Part shown: piece after piece, positions 23,500 through 35,768 of the stretch
Layout: each line of letters opens with the position of its first letter
How positions within the stretch are numbered: position 1 is the first letter of the stretch
NCBI GenBank assembly: GCA_002269645.1
Contig: NIVC01001557.1
Location: 62,001 to 126,000 of the forward strand
DNA: 64,000 nucleotides
Reading direction: 5' to 3'
Source of the DNA: Macrostomum lignano
Taxonomy: Eukaryota
Translations under genes and position numbers: made by a program
The notes under the pieces: model-generated
Seen by the model: the letters and a program-made list of their open reading frames with translations, nothing else
Databases searched by the model: none
Told to the model about the DNA's origin: nothing

Positions 23500-24985
23500 A
23501 TTTTAAAAGTCTGAGTCGATGATTGGAATAGCCCGATCGGAGTTAGGACAGAGGTACCCGGGGAGTGAGAGGGCAAAGGAGGCGAAATCTGTGCGGATGC
23601 GGAGATGGGACGGCGGGTGGTTGAAAAGCGCCTGACAAGAATGGCAGGTGACAACAGACCGAATGCACCTGCGCCGCGATCCTGCCTGCCAGATTACTGG
23701 CAAGAGCTGCTCATCGACTCCCTCAGGGTTCCCCCACGGATCAGACCCTGCCAGCCCCTCTGGTCCCCCTGGCCCTGGTTGGCAGAAGAAGGTCTGGACA
23801 AAGGTTTGCATACGAAGGTCGCTAGTTGAAGGTTCTTGAACATGGAGCACGAAAGCAAAACCCAACCTCACATAGTCTTGAAGACGAAGAACGCTAATTC
23901 ATGCTGCTATCGTTTTCGCGGCTGAGCAGAACGGGTTCCGGCCCCATCGCGGCACATTGGCGCAGATCCTGGCTCTTCGCCGAGTCATCGTGGAAGCGCA
24001 GGCCCAGAGCCTGATTGCTCTCTTTATTGACTTCAGGAGGGCCGAGCTCCCAATGGTGCTCCGTGCGTACAACGTGCCAGAGCAGCTGATTTCCGCCGTC
24101 ATGGCGCTGTACCATGGCACGAGCGCTGCTGTGCTGACACCGGACGGCCTGTCGAATTTCTTTGAGACATCTTCTGGGTTGCTTCAGGGAGTTACGCTTG
24201 CGCCGCTCCTGTTCGTCCTGGTGTTTGACTGGGTGGATCTCTCTTTCTTCTAGCGACGACGGCTTTCTTCTGCAGCGACGCGTGGGTCGACGTGTGGGCG
24301 GCTCAGCGTGCTTGGCTACGTCAAGGCGCCGAGGGCGCCGAGCACCAGCTGCACCGGCTGTTAAGCTTTGCGGCGAGCGTCGGCCTGGTGGTCAACACGC
24401 AGAAGACTGCCGTGCTCTGCATGCTGGACGACATCGAGGCTGCGATTTTCTTCCGAGGCGCTGACGGGAGGGCGACGAAGCTTCCGCGCTGTCAGCAGTT
24501 CGTCTACCTCGGCATCTGGTGTGAGTTGTTCGCGAGGATCTCCGATGTTGCCGTGGACTTGCCTGGGCTGTCTTCCGCTCCGTGAGGGTTTTCCTGCAAT
24601 CAGAAGCCCTGCCTGACCGCCAGAGGGCGGCGCTGTTCCAGGCGGTGGTCGAGACTGTCCTGTTGTACAACGCCGAGACCTGGACGCTGACAGATTCGCT
24701 TGAACAGCAGGTCGATGCGGCGCACGCTGGTCTGCTGCGCGCCGCCTTCAAGATCGGCCACGAGCGAGTCACCAATGCAATGTGGCACTCCATCGCCGCA
24801 CCGGCCTGTCCCGTACAAGCAAACTGTTGCGCCGTCGGCAACTCCAGCTGGGAGGCCATATTATCCGAGCCAAGTCCTACTGCCCGCAACCGGTGCAGGA
24901 GGTGCTGCTGCTGACGCTGCAGGCACTACCGGCGGGGGCAGGCGCTCACTCGGTGTTTCGTTGACACCGCCTGCTGGCTGATTCC
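23500..24985 (+). mobile_element. decayed non-LTR retrotransposon (RTE-like) reverse transcriptase
   Basis: FIDF, GLLQGVTLAPLLF, GLVVN..KT, FVYLG and ETVLLYNAETWTL lie in three frames; the YADD motif is lost; several frameshifts and deletions. Element boundaries are approximate. Confidence 0.88.
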
Positions 24986-25589
24986 CTCGTCCCGGACACG
25001 CGCCCTGTGACGTTGTCTTTGCCTCTCTTGACCCGCTTAACTGGCTGACAACGCATTTTTGTGTTGCAGCACAGAAAGAAAACAATGGGCCAAGCAGAAA
25101 TGGAAAACCTGCTTTTTGGGGCTGGGGGCGGCCAGTATTGCTGAGAATACAGCTAAATCTGACAAAAAGAATTATGGCTTGCTTTCTCTCTCCCTATAGA
25201 GCACCTGCAGTAAACAAAGCGCTTGACCGGAATACGGTTCAGTTTATTATCAAGTATTTGGCACACTGGGGGGGGGGGTTCTGATGCTGAGTTGAATGAC
25301 ATTTTTCGAGTATGAGATAAGAGTCTCATAAAAAGGAAAGAGCTGAGACTGCAGGATAGCAATAAAAATTTGAGAAAGAAGTTTACTGCATTATACGAAA
25401 AACAGCATTCGTTTCATTTTGGAGTTTTTTTAAACTGGACAATTAAACAAAACCATAAACAAGCAGTTTATTATGAGCAGGAAAGACAGCCCCTAGTTTT
25501 CACTATAACTATTTTCGTGCCTCAAAGAACAATTGCTGAGTCGTGCAGCTAATTGAGCAGCAATTCATGGCTCATCCGGTACTCTAACT

Positions 25590-26271
25590 CAAGGGCCGGC
25601 AAATTTTTTTACCGAAAAAAACCGGACTAGATAAATATCCCAGCTCGTAGCTGCTGGTCAAATGCGAAACAGAGGGCGAGGGAATAGAAGGTGAGAAAGG
25701 AGAGGAGGGAGAGAGGAGAGGAGGGAGAGAGGAGAGGAAGGAGAGAGGAGAGGAGGGAGAGAGGAGAGGAGGGAGAGAGGAGAGGAGGGAGAGAGGAGAG
25801 GAGGGAGAGAGGAGAGGAGGGAGAGAGGAGAGGAGGGAGAGAGGAGAGGAAGGAGAGAGGACAGGAGGGAGAGAGGAGAGGAGGGAGAGAGGAGAGGAGG
25901 GAGAGAGGAGAGGAGGGAGAGAGGAGAGGAGGGAGAGAGGAGAGGAGGGAGAGAGGAGAGGAGGGAGAGAGGAGAGGAGGGAGAGAGGACAGGAGGGAGA
26001 GAGGAGAGGAGGGAGAGAGGAGAGGAGGGAGAGAGGAGAGGAGGGAGAGAGGAGAGGAGGGAGAGAGGAGAGGAGGGAGAGAGGAGAGGAGGGAGAGAGG
26101 AGAGGAGGGAGAGAGGACAGGAGGGAGAGAGGAGAGGAGGGAGAGAGGAGAGGAGGGAGAGAGGAGAGGAGGGAGAGAGGAGAGGAGGGAGAGAGGAGAG
26201 GAGGGAGAGAGGAGAGGAGGGAGAGAGGAGAGGTGAGAGATGCTTCACCGGCCGGGGTTTGCCGATCCCTG
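25590..26271. mobile_element. Charlie/hAT-like MITE carrying a purine microsatellite
   Basis: CAAGGGCCGGCAAA ... TTTGCCGATCCCTG; 6/8 TSD match (CTCTAACT / GTCCAACT). Confidence 0.55.
25695..26236. repeat. 16-bp polypurine repeat
   Basis: (GAGAGGAGAGGAGGGA)n. Confidence 0.95.
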
Positions 26272-27132
26272 GTCCAACTATTGATAATTGGGCTAAGGAG
26301 ACCAAGGACCAAGAGATAAACCAAACTGTCCGATGGCTAGGTTGAGCATTAACTTTTTATGAGACTCAATATCTGGAATTTTTGCCGACCTGTTGGGAAT
26401 TTTCAAATCTAAAACTCGCTTGCTTTTTACTGTGCTGCAGACAAAACGAGATGAAGAGGCAAGTAAACTGCACTCAGCCAGAGGGTGAGCTCGTAAACCG
26501 AGGTGGTTCAGAGAGTGGGGCGATGACTGACAATTGTACTCTTACTAAACTGATAGAGAATTTTGAGTGTTTGGAGAGCTCTCGGCTTCAGTTCGTAGGC
26601 TTTCTGTTCACGACAAAAAAACTGCTGAGTGGGCTGTAGAGTTCGAACTAATTACAGTGCTTGTAAAAGTGAATTAGAAACTGAGAAAGCTTGTGACTGA
26701 TTTATTAATAAAATAGTCTGTTCGAATTTGAAGAGGATTTTTATTTTAGGCAAGAATTATTACTTCTTGCTTTTGAATAAAAACTTTTTTACTGATTTGA
26801 ACAAGAAATAGAAGTAAGTTATAGGATAAACGTTTGAGGATCCGAATCAACAAACAATGCTGTACGAGCGTAGCTAGTCCTAGTTGGCTACGAGTGCCAA
26901 ACTCCCAAGCGTTGCTCTACCTGGATGAGTAAAAAAATCGTACAGAAAAGAAACTGTAAACACAGCAAATTAGAATTAATTTAGTATAAAAAATAGATTC
27001 ATAATTAGTAAGGAAATAAACACAAACTAAACTACAAAGACAGTGCTGTTTATAGTGTTAGCTAATTGTGTTAGCAACCGTTTTAACAGAGTCAATAAAG
27101 AACGTCCATCAGGTGTCCATTAAAAATTGTTT

Positions 27133-28167
27133 TCAAACGGCCGCCCTAGCAACGGTCATAGCAACAGCGACGAGGCTCAGTCCGAAACTGCTGAGCTTGT
27201 CGGCACGAAGCCAGGAGGCGCCTCTGGGCAGGCCGGGCGTGCTGCCGGAGTTGAAGGACCGAACCACGATTCGGCGAGCACCGAACGGGCTGGTGGGGTT
27301 CAGCGGCACCGGCGGCCGGAAGTTGCTGATCATGGCGCTGCCGTCCGGATACTTCAGGCTGCGCAGGGTTGCCAGCACGGACGGGGGCACACGCTGGGCC
27401 TGCCGGTAGACGGTCCACATGACGTTCTGGCGACAGTCAGGCGTGGTGAGCGAGCCGCCGTACAGGTAGTACTGCGACCGGTCAGCGGGCACGAGGTCTC
27501 CGAGGGGAAAGGCGTCCATGTCAACCTTGGGCGGCTCGAAGGTCTCGTTGGCGCAGCCGGCGCAGCGCTGCAGCCGCGGGTCCGAGGCCACCAGGCTGAT
27601 CATGTTGGCCAGCGGCCGGCTGTAGGTCGTCACCGAGCTGTCCGGCTCGTACAGGATGCCCAGCACGGCCAGACCGCTGAAGCTGTTGGCGGCGTCTTCG
27701 AATTTCGAATAGAACTGGCAGTTCCACATGACAACGTGGCCTTCCAGAGGGTAGTGCCGGCCCTCCATCCAGTGCTCGGAGCCGTGCGAGTCGTCCGCGC
27801 CCCAGTGCCAGTGAATTGAGTGCGGCCGGAAACAGCTGTTCGGGTGTCCGGGCACAGTGACATTCATCATAGCCGAGGAGAAGAAGATGCTGACTTTGTG
27901 GCCATCGTTGTACACTTTGAACTTTCTGCCGGGCGTGTTGTCCTCCACAATGGAATAGGGCGGCAGGTCGGTGTCGTACCGGGCCTCGCTGTAAATAAGC
28001 TTGATTGGGGATTGGGCTCTTCCGCCGCACCACTTCTTGAAGGCGGACGGCCACTCCGATGGGTCATTGGACACGTAGTCCCAATCGGTTGGGGCAGATT
28101 TGCCCCCTGGGAGCTGGACCAGCAGCAGCAGGCCTAGCAGACCAGTGAACTTCATTAGCATACTCAT
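27133..28167 (-). CDS. alpha-carbonic anhydrase, secreted/probably GPI-anchored, single coding exon
   Basis: 344-aa ORF with a signal peptide, QSPI, NDGH (His64), HWH (His94/96), GSEH, EGH (His119), GSLTTPDC and a hydrophobic C-terminal tail. Confidence 0.95.
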   Translation of the reverse strand: MSMLMKFTGLLGLLLLVQLPGGKSAPTDWDYVSNDPSEWPSAFKKWCGGRAQSPIKLIYSEARYDTDLPPYSIVEDNTPGRKFKVYNDGHKVSIFFSSAMMNVTVPGHPNSCFRPHSIHWHWGADDSHGSEHWMEGRHYPLEGHVVMWNCQFYSKFEDAANSFSGLAVLGILYEPDSSVTTYSRPLANMISLVASDPRLQRCAGCANETFEPPKVDMDAFPLGDLVPADRSQYYLYGGSLTTPDCRQNVMWTVYRQAQRVPPSVLATLRSLKYPDGSAMISNFRPPVPLNPTSPFGARRIVVRSFNSGSTPGLPRGASWLRADKLSSFGLSLVAVAMTVARAAV

Positions 28168-28342
28168 TATATTAGACTGAGTCGGTTACTAATTACTTGC
28201 AATTACTATCGACAATTAGAGAGCTTTCGTCTTAGCAACCTCGTATTTATAGCTAATTTAGCAGTAAGCGCGGGCCCCTCTCCTCCTAAGTTGACAAATT
28301 AGCTTCAGTAGAATTGCGTCTTCAGTAGGTTTGGCGACTCCA

Positions 28343-28383
<41 letters not shown>

Positions 28384-28984
28384 GCCAGATGTAACGACGC
28401 AAATACGATTATAGCCAGGTGTTAGGAGAGGCGAGCAATGCTGCCTAGAAACAATCCGAAACTCGCAATCCCCCCCTCCCAACCCTCTCAAGTCTCCTGC
28501 GATCTCAATCTCGCTGATGGTAAACAACATCACGCGAGCGCACTAAAAGTGCAGCAGAGACCATCTTCTTGTCTTCTCAAGTCATAGGCTACGAGCGTAT
28601 ATCTTCGTTCAAACTAAGTGCCTCCTTAATTCTTCGTTTTTTGTTGAACGGGGGTTGCCTTGTGCAAGCTTACCTACTCCAAAGCACTGCCTATGGAATT
28701 TTTTTAGCATGTCGCGCTCACTCAAAGCAATGAAGAGGGTGAGTTTGCGTGCTGTAAGTAAAAGCAATTCAGGCTCTTACACACAGAACGCATTACCTAG
28801 TGAATCGAAACCTGCTCAAAATAGCAACTGAAACTCCAACAAAACTTTTTGTAGATGACGAGTGACAGAGAGTCTGCAGTCTTGCTTCATCAAACTACAA
28901 GAAGCAAACAGAATCTTTCTCTATGTTATTGACAAACTGCATAATAATGAACTACTGAAGTAATAGAAACTTGTACAATTTTTG

Positions 28985-29400
28985 ATGGACGAAGGTTACT
29001 GGATAGACGAAGGTTACTGGATGGACGAAGGTTACTGGATGGACGAAGGTTACTGGATGGACGAAGGTTACTGGATGGACGAAGGTTACTGGATGGACGA
29101 AGGTTACTGGATGGACGAAGGTTACTGGATGGACGAAGGTTACTGGATGGACGAAGGTTACTGGATGGACGAAGGTTACTGGATGGACGAAGGTTACTGG
29201 ATGGACGAAGGTTACTGGATTGATGAAGGTTACTGGATGGACGAAGGTTACTGAATTGACGAAGGTTACTGAATTTACGAAGGTTACTGGATGGACGAAG
29301 GTTACCGGATGGACGAAGGTTACTGGATGGACGAAGGTTACTGAATTGACGAAGGTTACTGAATGGACGAAGATAAATGTATCAGGATGAAGGTAGCTGG
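28985..29400. repeat. 18-bp minisatellite
   Basis: (GGACGAAGGTTACTGGAT)n. Confidence 0.95.
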
Positions 29401-29729
29401 ACCAAGGTTTCTAGACGAAGGCCCTTTACACGGCTGCTGCTGTGTCGCGCCGGGACATCCGGTGGTTGCCGGTGTCCGCAGCGCGGTCCCCCTTTGGAGA
29501 GTCCAGGACGTGAATAAGTCGCTCGTCCGAAAGTCCTCAGGTACATGTGTAGCTAACAGAAATTCTAGGGGCCTGAAAACGTCGGAAAATTAGCCCGGGT
29601 TTGGGACGAGCTAGGTGAGCCTGTCCTGATCGCAAAGGATTTTATGGTGGGGGAACAAAGACAAGAATTCTAATAGTACATGTATGTGACTGAATTCCTT
29701 CGTGTACATCATTCTGTTGACAGTGTTGT

Positions 29730-29918
29730 CACACTCATTTTGGTGCCGCAGAGACTCATTTTGGTGCCGCAAACACTCATTTTGGCACATTTTGGAGCCT
29801 GTATTTCCACAAGATCACAACGCCACAAGGTGGGGTGGGACAGAGCATTGGCATGTCCATAGCGCTAACTGGGGGGGGGGGGCATGCCCCCTGCCCCCCC
29901 CAGTGGCGACGCCCCCTG
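29730..29918. mobile_element. partial copy of the CAGTGGCGT MITE family with 3 units of the 21-bp repeat
   Basis: CACTCATTTTGGTGCCGCA about x3 and right end GGCGACGCCCCCTG. Confidence 0.6.
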
Positions 29919-30604
29919 ATGCTCCGCATCCTTAACACCACGCTTAGAGGCAGAATGACCATTCGGCACTACGGATTTTCCCTGGGAGGTGACGATGTGC
30001 TAAATTATATATAAATAAAAATTAAAGTTCGTCTAACTCGAAATAAAAGAAATATTTTATTAGAAATAGGTTCTCTGTGCGCTTTGAGTTACCCCATACT
30101 TTGCATTACAAACTGTTACTTAATTCGAAATTATTTTAGATTTCAACCACTTTTATGGTTTTTTGTAACAGTTTAGTGTAATGTCCGCGTAAAATAATTA
30201 TTCAAGCGTGGTAGACTAATAATAGTAGACTACACGTACATGCAAATACACATGTTTTTTGTTTAATAATATCGTTTTCAGCCTTCTAGATAGAACGATT
30301 ACATTCAGAACAACAACATACTGTCATATATTAGGCAACTCCCTGCCCGCACATGATGCTTCCCCAATATTCCCGAAATATAGAAGTTCCTTTGAAAGTA
30401 TCCATAAATACTCGTAGAAGGCATCCAGCATTGTCTTCACTCGAGCCTGGCTTTTGCATAAGGGAAACTGTTAGACAAAAGCGAACCAAAAAAACAACCG
30501 TCTTTTTACGCATCATTTACTGTATTTAATATCGCTACGAGAATTCGTGGATATCAAGGAACAGTAGTTATTAATACTTCTAGATACGTCTACAGAAGGA
30601 ATGA

Positions 30605-30915
30605 CTTATTGCGGAGCTGTTGGAGGGGTGGCGGTATGGGGGCGGAGCTGTTGGAGGGGTGGCGGTATGGGGGCGGAGCTGTTGGAGGAGTGGCGGTATG
30701 GGGGGCGGAGCTGTTGGAGGAGTGGCGGTATGGGGGCGGAGCTGTTGGAGGGGTGGCGGTATGGGGGCGGAGCTGTTGGAGGGGTGGCGGTTGGGGGCGG
30801 AGCTGTTGGAGGGGTGGCGGTATGGGGGGCGGAGCTGTTGGAGGAGTGGCGGTATGGGGGGCGGAGCTGTTGGAGGAGTGGCGGTATGGGGGCGGAGCTG
30901 TTGGAGGAATGGCGA
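30605..30915. repeat. about 31-bp G-rich minisatellite
   Basis: GGAGCTGTTGGAGGGGTGGCGGTATGGGGGC units. Confidence 0.9.
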
Positions 30916-31475
30916 TGGCGTGCAAAGCTGTGATTGAGTTGTGAAGAGCGCGGATTTATCCAGAGACTTTTTGGAGTAGTGATCGAAGTTATCAAGTCGA
31001 CGAAGATCGACTCTGGGCATAAACTGTAAGTCTATGTCTATTAAGGAATGTAGTCTAAAAAATACACTGACAGGAAAGCAAAGTTCAGTTTTATAAAAAA
31101 TAAGTTTTCGTCCATTACGAGGTTAGCAAAATTGTCAGTAATAAACAGAGTTCCACCGGAACTTTCAGCGTCCAGGAAGTGCCCGTTGGTCAACCGCCTG
31201 CAATCGCCGAGTGTTTAGCCTGCCCCTGTACAAATTGATCAAGTCATGCTGCTTGAGTCACGTTTCTGCATTTTTGTGCACGTGAAGGTATAGAGTCAAG
31301 AAAAAACTATGGGAAACCCTAGGATTCATTTTTTACTTATAATGGACTCAGACTTTGACTAATCCCTACTTCACTGAAATTAAACAACGAGCCCCATGCA
31401 GGACTCTCGTATGACAATGCAATCAAGGTAAACAGAATCACAGCATTTCGTGGAACTTACGGTCATTCGGTTCAT

Positions 31476-31930
31476 CTACGGTCGTATGTAAGTGCCGAAC
31501 ACCTGAACCTCGCAGAGCATCATCCATATATGGTCTCGGTTATGCACCATCACTACGCTACCCACTAGGTTGCAGTGGAAGGTCTTGACACTGAACGCAT
31601 CGTGAGACTTGTACGATCCGCACTCGTTGCCATCTACTGTGACTTTGAAGTTCCACAGTCTCTTAATATTGCCGGGATCGATTATGTTGAACACTTTGAT
31701 CTGGGTGATGCGGGCAAGCCTGTGTGTTTTAGCCATCCACCAGCCCTTCTCCCGGAGGGTGTGGCTGCAAGAGTTCTCACTGCCGTACTGGTTAAGGTTT
31801 CCATCGATTGCTCTGCTGCAGACCCATGTCGAGTAAGTTGAGCTCTGCGAGCAATTGATGAGCGGCAGCATACATGAAACCATAGAATCAGTTTACGTTG
31901 TCGCATCGTATTTTTGTGTTTTGTGTATTT
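31476..31930 (-). pseudogene. F-type lectin (fucolectin/FTP) domain exon with an in-frame TAA at 31893-31895
   Basis: QSST...RAIDGN...SCSHT...WW...RLWNF...LCEVQVFG. The acceptor at 31931 is in phase with the WSC exon, but a TAA lies 4 codons before the ATG at 31883. Confidence 0.75.
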
Positions 31931-32041
31931 CTGTGATTAAATATTAATCACTAGCACTAAAAATCATGAGGTCTGAGCAGTTGGAGCTCTTTTCATAAGG
32001 ATTAAATAATGTTTAGTCCGACAAGGTGTCATGGGACTTAC

Positions 32042-32293
32042 TTGGCCAACTTGACGCTTCATAGACTTGGTTGTGAAACCTGCCTCCACAGGTGCCGCTG
32101 CTGCCACTGTACTGCATCGAGCACTTCTCTTCCTGCCTCCTCGGGTACCGACCTAACTTGCTGCCGCACCAGCACTCGTTGGAGTTCTGCAGGCCAAAGT
32201 CCTGCTGGTGCCACTTCTCACAGAGCTGGTCGCAAAGACCAACGTACATGCCTCTATCGTCGAGGAAGCACCCGATGTAGCGATACGAATACA
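32042..32293 (-). CDS. WSC domain exon (degenerate)
   Basis: YIGCFLD...CDQLC...FGLQNSNECWCG...C...GTCGG...VY. One expected Cys appears as Tyr (CSMQYSG). Donor A|GTAAGT. Confidence 0.8.
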
Positions 32294-32374
32294 CTGGAAT
32301 AGCGAGCGATCCAGCGAATTATTTGCAACCCATTTTGTACCAACTCGCACTTCTAATGCTAAAAATGCACCAAC

Positions 32375-32432
32375 CTTGCGATAGTGAATGAAGCAAGCAG
32401 GTTGCCAGCAGTAGCCAGGTGCCGCGCGCCAT
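32375..32432 (-). CDS. WSC/F-type lectin gene exon 1 (signal peptide)
   Basis: MARGTWLLLATCLLHSLSQ; donor G|GTTGGT, phase 1, splices in frame to the WSC exon. Confidence 0.7.
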
Positions 32433-35400
32433 TTTTACTGAGAAAATTTAAGAGCCCGATCTTCTCTTAGTTCGGAAACTGAGCCAGCTGGTTATTATAT
32501 TTTATTTAAGAAACTCACACAGCCAGGATATGCGCAGCTCCGCTGTATCTGTAAGACTTCTCTTAGGTCTCCGGCTATACTTCTCTGGTCGTCTAGGCGG
32601 TCTTGCTGGATTACTTCCGCTGTCTTCGGAGCCTAAGAGAGCTTATAAAAGAGATCGCTACTCGTGCCTGTAGCAAAATTAACAAGTATGAGTCTAGATT
32701 TTTGGTGAACTACACTGGATTCCAGGCTATAGAATTAGAGTCTCCGCAAGAGTTGCCCATTTCCAAAGAGGCCGTGTCTATTTTATAAATCTTTCGATAC
32801 ACGTCATCCCCCGCCGCTGATTAGCAACGGCGGGGTGCCAAAACAGACGCAGCAACATTAGATTAGCGCGTTGCTACGGAGCGAAAGAGATAATTTGATA
32901 TCTGTTAGTTGGTCGCACCAGGATGTGTTCAAAGGTCAGTCCAGGGTTCATTATTCAAATTGATTCGCACGTCAGGCCACCCGTGCGTCCCTTCGGTGAG
33001 TCGTGCTTTCGCTCCCTGGGTAGATCCACGTACCTCATCGCTGACCTTGCCTGTTGACCATTGCTCTGTCTCTCCCGCCAGTCGGGGTGTCTTGCCGTAT
33101 CGCTTCTCCTGGCACCGCACCGACTGACTCTGCCTGTACATCGGCTGACGTTGAAGTCATCTCGCTTGGTCTGAAATCTTGGGGAAAGGTGACAGTAAAA
33201 TTCTTATCATATCTATAATTTATTTCACTTTCTGGCTGTTATTTTAATTTATTTTACTTAGATGCCTTATCTCTAAAGTTCTGTTTCCAGTCCTTTAGCT
33301 TTCGCTTTACCTCTGACGACCTTTAATGATGCTTAATTTTTGCTAATTTCTAATCCCTATAGTATCCCCCTCACTCCAGCACCAAATCCTTCCTCTCTGT
33401 GTGCTCCTACTCAAGTCTTCTCAAACTAGAGCTAGCTAGTACGCTCGTAATGAAGCCAAGTGACTGCCCCAGAAAATGAGTGCTTTAATTGCTAACTCGG
33501 TGTTTCCTTTCTTATCCCGGTGTTTTAGCAAATGCAGGATTTGCATTCGAAATCGAATTCGATTCGAAAATAGATCTCGAAACAAGTTTACGCGGTTTGC
33601 GAGTATAGTTTAGTTAAGTTTAGTTTAGTTCACTTGTACAGCTCAAGCTGCTGACCCAGAGACACTGGCCTGGCTATTGTGTTAGCCACATACAAGGCCA
33701 GCCCAGCGTATTCACTTGTTTATTTTTAAAGCTTCCAATGCCACTCGATACAGCCAGTAAAACAAACTTACTTGCTAAAGAGTAGTTCTCAAGACAGGGC
33801 TTCTGGTGCAAATGAACAAAAAACATCCTCCCTGATTAGATTGGACGCGCAAATCTATTATGCATAACATCCAACATCCCCCCAGGAAGCTCACGATCCT
33901 AGGAAGCTGTGGTGGATTTACTCGATCAGTTAATTAAGAGGGTAACCACGACGCTCTCTTAGGCTTTGGATCATGCGTTCTCATATCAAGGGAGAAGCGG
34001 TGTGGAGCTACTGCCAGTACAGTGAACCCCATTGGGCCAGCTCTGCCGTAGCACCACCAGCTCCAGATCTGTCCTGGACTGCAACGCTCAGCTCAATGGA
34101 TTCCGGGCAACGATGGTCCTGGGCCCCCATCGATCCCTGCCTCGGTGATCAACTCCCGCGTCAAGCGCTGAGCTGATTTCGAGCATCTCCGCAGTTGGGC
34201 GCGACCACCCGAAATTTCGTTCTACCGCGTCCCCTGTCCCTCCCCACTCTTTTTTTTGAGCCCTCATGCTAACTGCAGGGGGACATTAAAAGCAGTCAGC
34301 ATATGGGCTCTCCATGCATGGCTGCTTCTCTCGCCCGTTTCCTTCAGGGCCTTTGGAGTGGTGCCCCCCCCCCAATTTCTGTCGTTCAGGCACTGAAAAC
34401 GCGGAGCCCTTTTACCTGCTATACAGACTGCCACTGTCTTTCACCAGGGCCAGGCTCACTCAACCTTAGGCCAAACTCGGCTCTCTCTGACGTTTGCAAG
34501 CCCAAGAGCATACTCCTGATGGGTTCGGCCTTTTTAAGCCTATAGCTTCGGGCCTCGGAACTCAGAAATGAATCACTTAAAGCTCCGGCCTCTCACTCCT
34601 GCCAGATGGTCAGCCCCGTGGTAGCTAGATTGTGGGCGAGCAGCAAGGTCCTATAGCTAAGAGAAGACAGCGAGAGACAAGCAGGGACTAAGATCGCATT
34701 GGCCATGCAGGGACAGAGAGGACTTCTGCAGGGGGTTCTTGCCCTGGCGAGCCTCTATACACTACTGAAAGTACTATTTCATTACTAAATTCCCAGAAGT
34801 ACACGTACAAGTACACGTAACTGCACGCTTTTGGCACTAAATGTGTTAACACGTCGACAGACAGCGATGATGCAGATGTATTGTTACTTTCGGAGACCTT
34901 CAGACTAATATTTATCTCGTTTTAGCCGATTAGCTGCCTGAGACCGCGCGAAAGCGCCAGTCTGGCACTTAAATTCGCATGCTTTTCATGATTTCTGAGA
35001 TCGACTGATTGACTGGGAACTGTGCCGCTTCCGGTCCACTGTGACCTCTGCCCCTAGATTTAGCCACTCATCTCAGCTGGCATTGCGAAAAAGAAAGAAA
35101 ACGCTAAGTCTTTAATTTCCAGATTTAACTTTCTCACTTAATCCGCAATCCTAGACACTTTAGATTGAGTTAGAGCGAATGGCTACTTTTAATATTGACC
35201 GATACTTCTGCCTCGAGATTGGCACACAAAAGCAAGTAAGCAAAAGTGCAAATCCTATCAGACTACCTAGGAAGGGGTCAGACAAAGGGCGCACCCAGTT
35301 AAGCAGGTCAAGAAAGCCTCTCACCAAACCAATCAGAGGACCTATCTGCCGGTAGCCAAGGAATCCACAGAGACCGCAGCGCTCGGATGGGATGCTGCTG

Positions 35401-35635
35401 CTGATCTTAACAGACGAGTGCCTGCCGGTGGTCGTTGCTGCTCTTAGATCACTGCCGGGAAATATCGATGATGCTTCTCAGGGGGAACTTAGCTGCTGAA
35501 GCCGGAACTGCCGGGGGAAGGGGGACCAGACGTCGAAGACGCAGCAGATGCCGAAGGGGCCGTCTAAGACGGGGTTAGGACCGTGCAAGAAGGGAGGTCC
35601 CAGCCGGACTTTTTGAGCGCGGGTCGAGTTGCCGC

Positions 35636-35768
35636 CTTTTATAGCTCTCATGCGGCCGATTTGTTATAACGCGCGCCGAATTTTCTGATTGGCTGAGAGC
35701 TTTTGTTAAAATAGGCGCCGAATTTTCTGATTGGTCGAGCCGGGGGCAGTCAGGTCGACTCTGATTGG
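35636..35768 (-). promoter_or_regulatory. CCAAT x3 plus TATA Pol II promoter-like module
   Basis: AGCCAATCAG-type boxes at 35764, 35730 and 35688, followed by TATAAAAG at 35643-35636 on the minus strand. Confidence 0.5.

Noticed and set aside
27068-28137. Overlapping ORFs antisense to or in other frames of the carbonic anhydrase (likewise around tektin and ClpX exons)
   Set aside because: Shadow ORFs caused by high GC3 codon bias.
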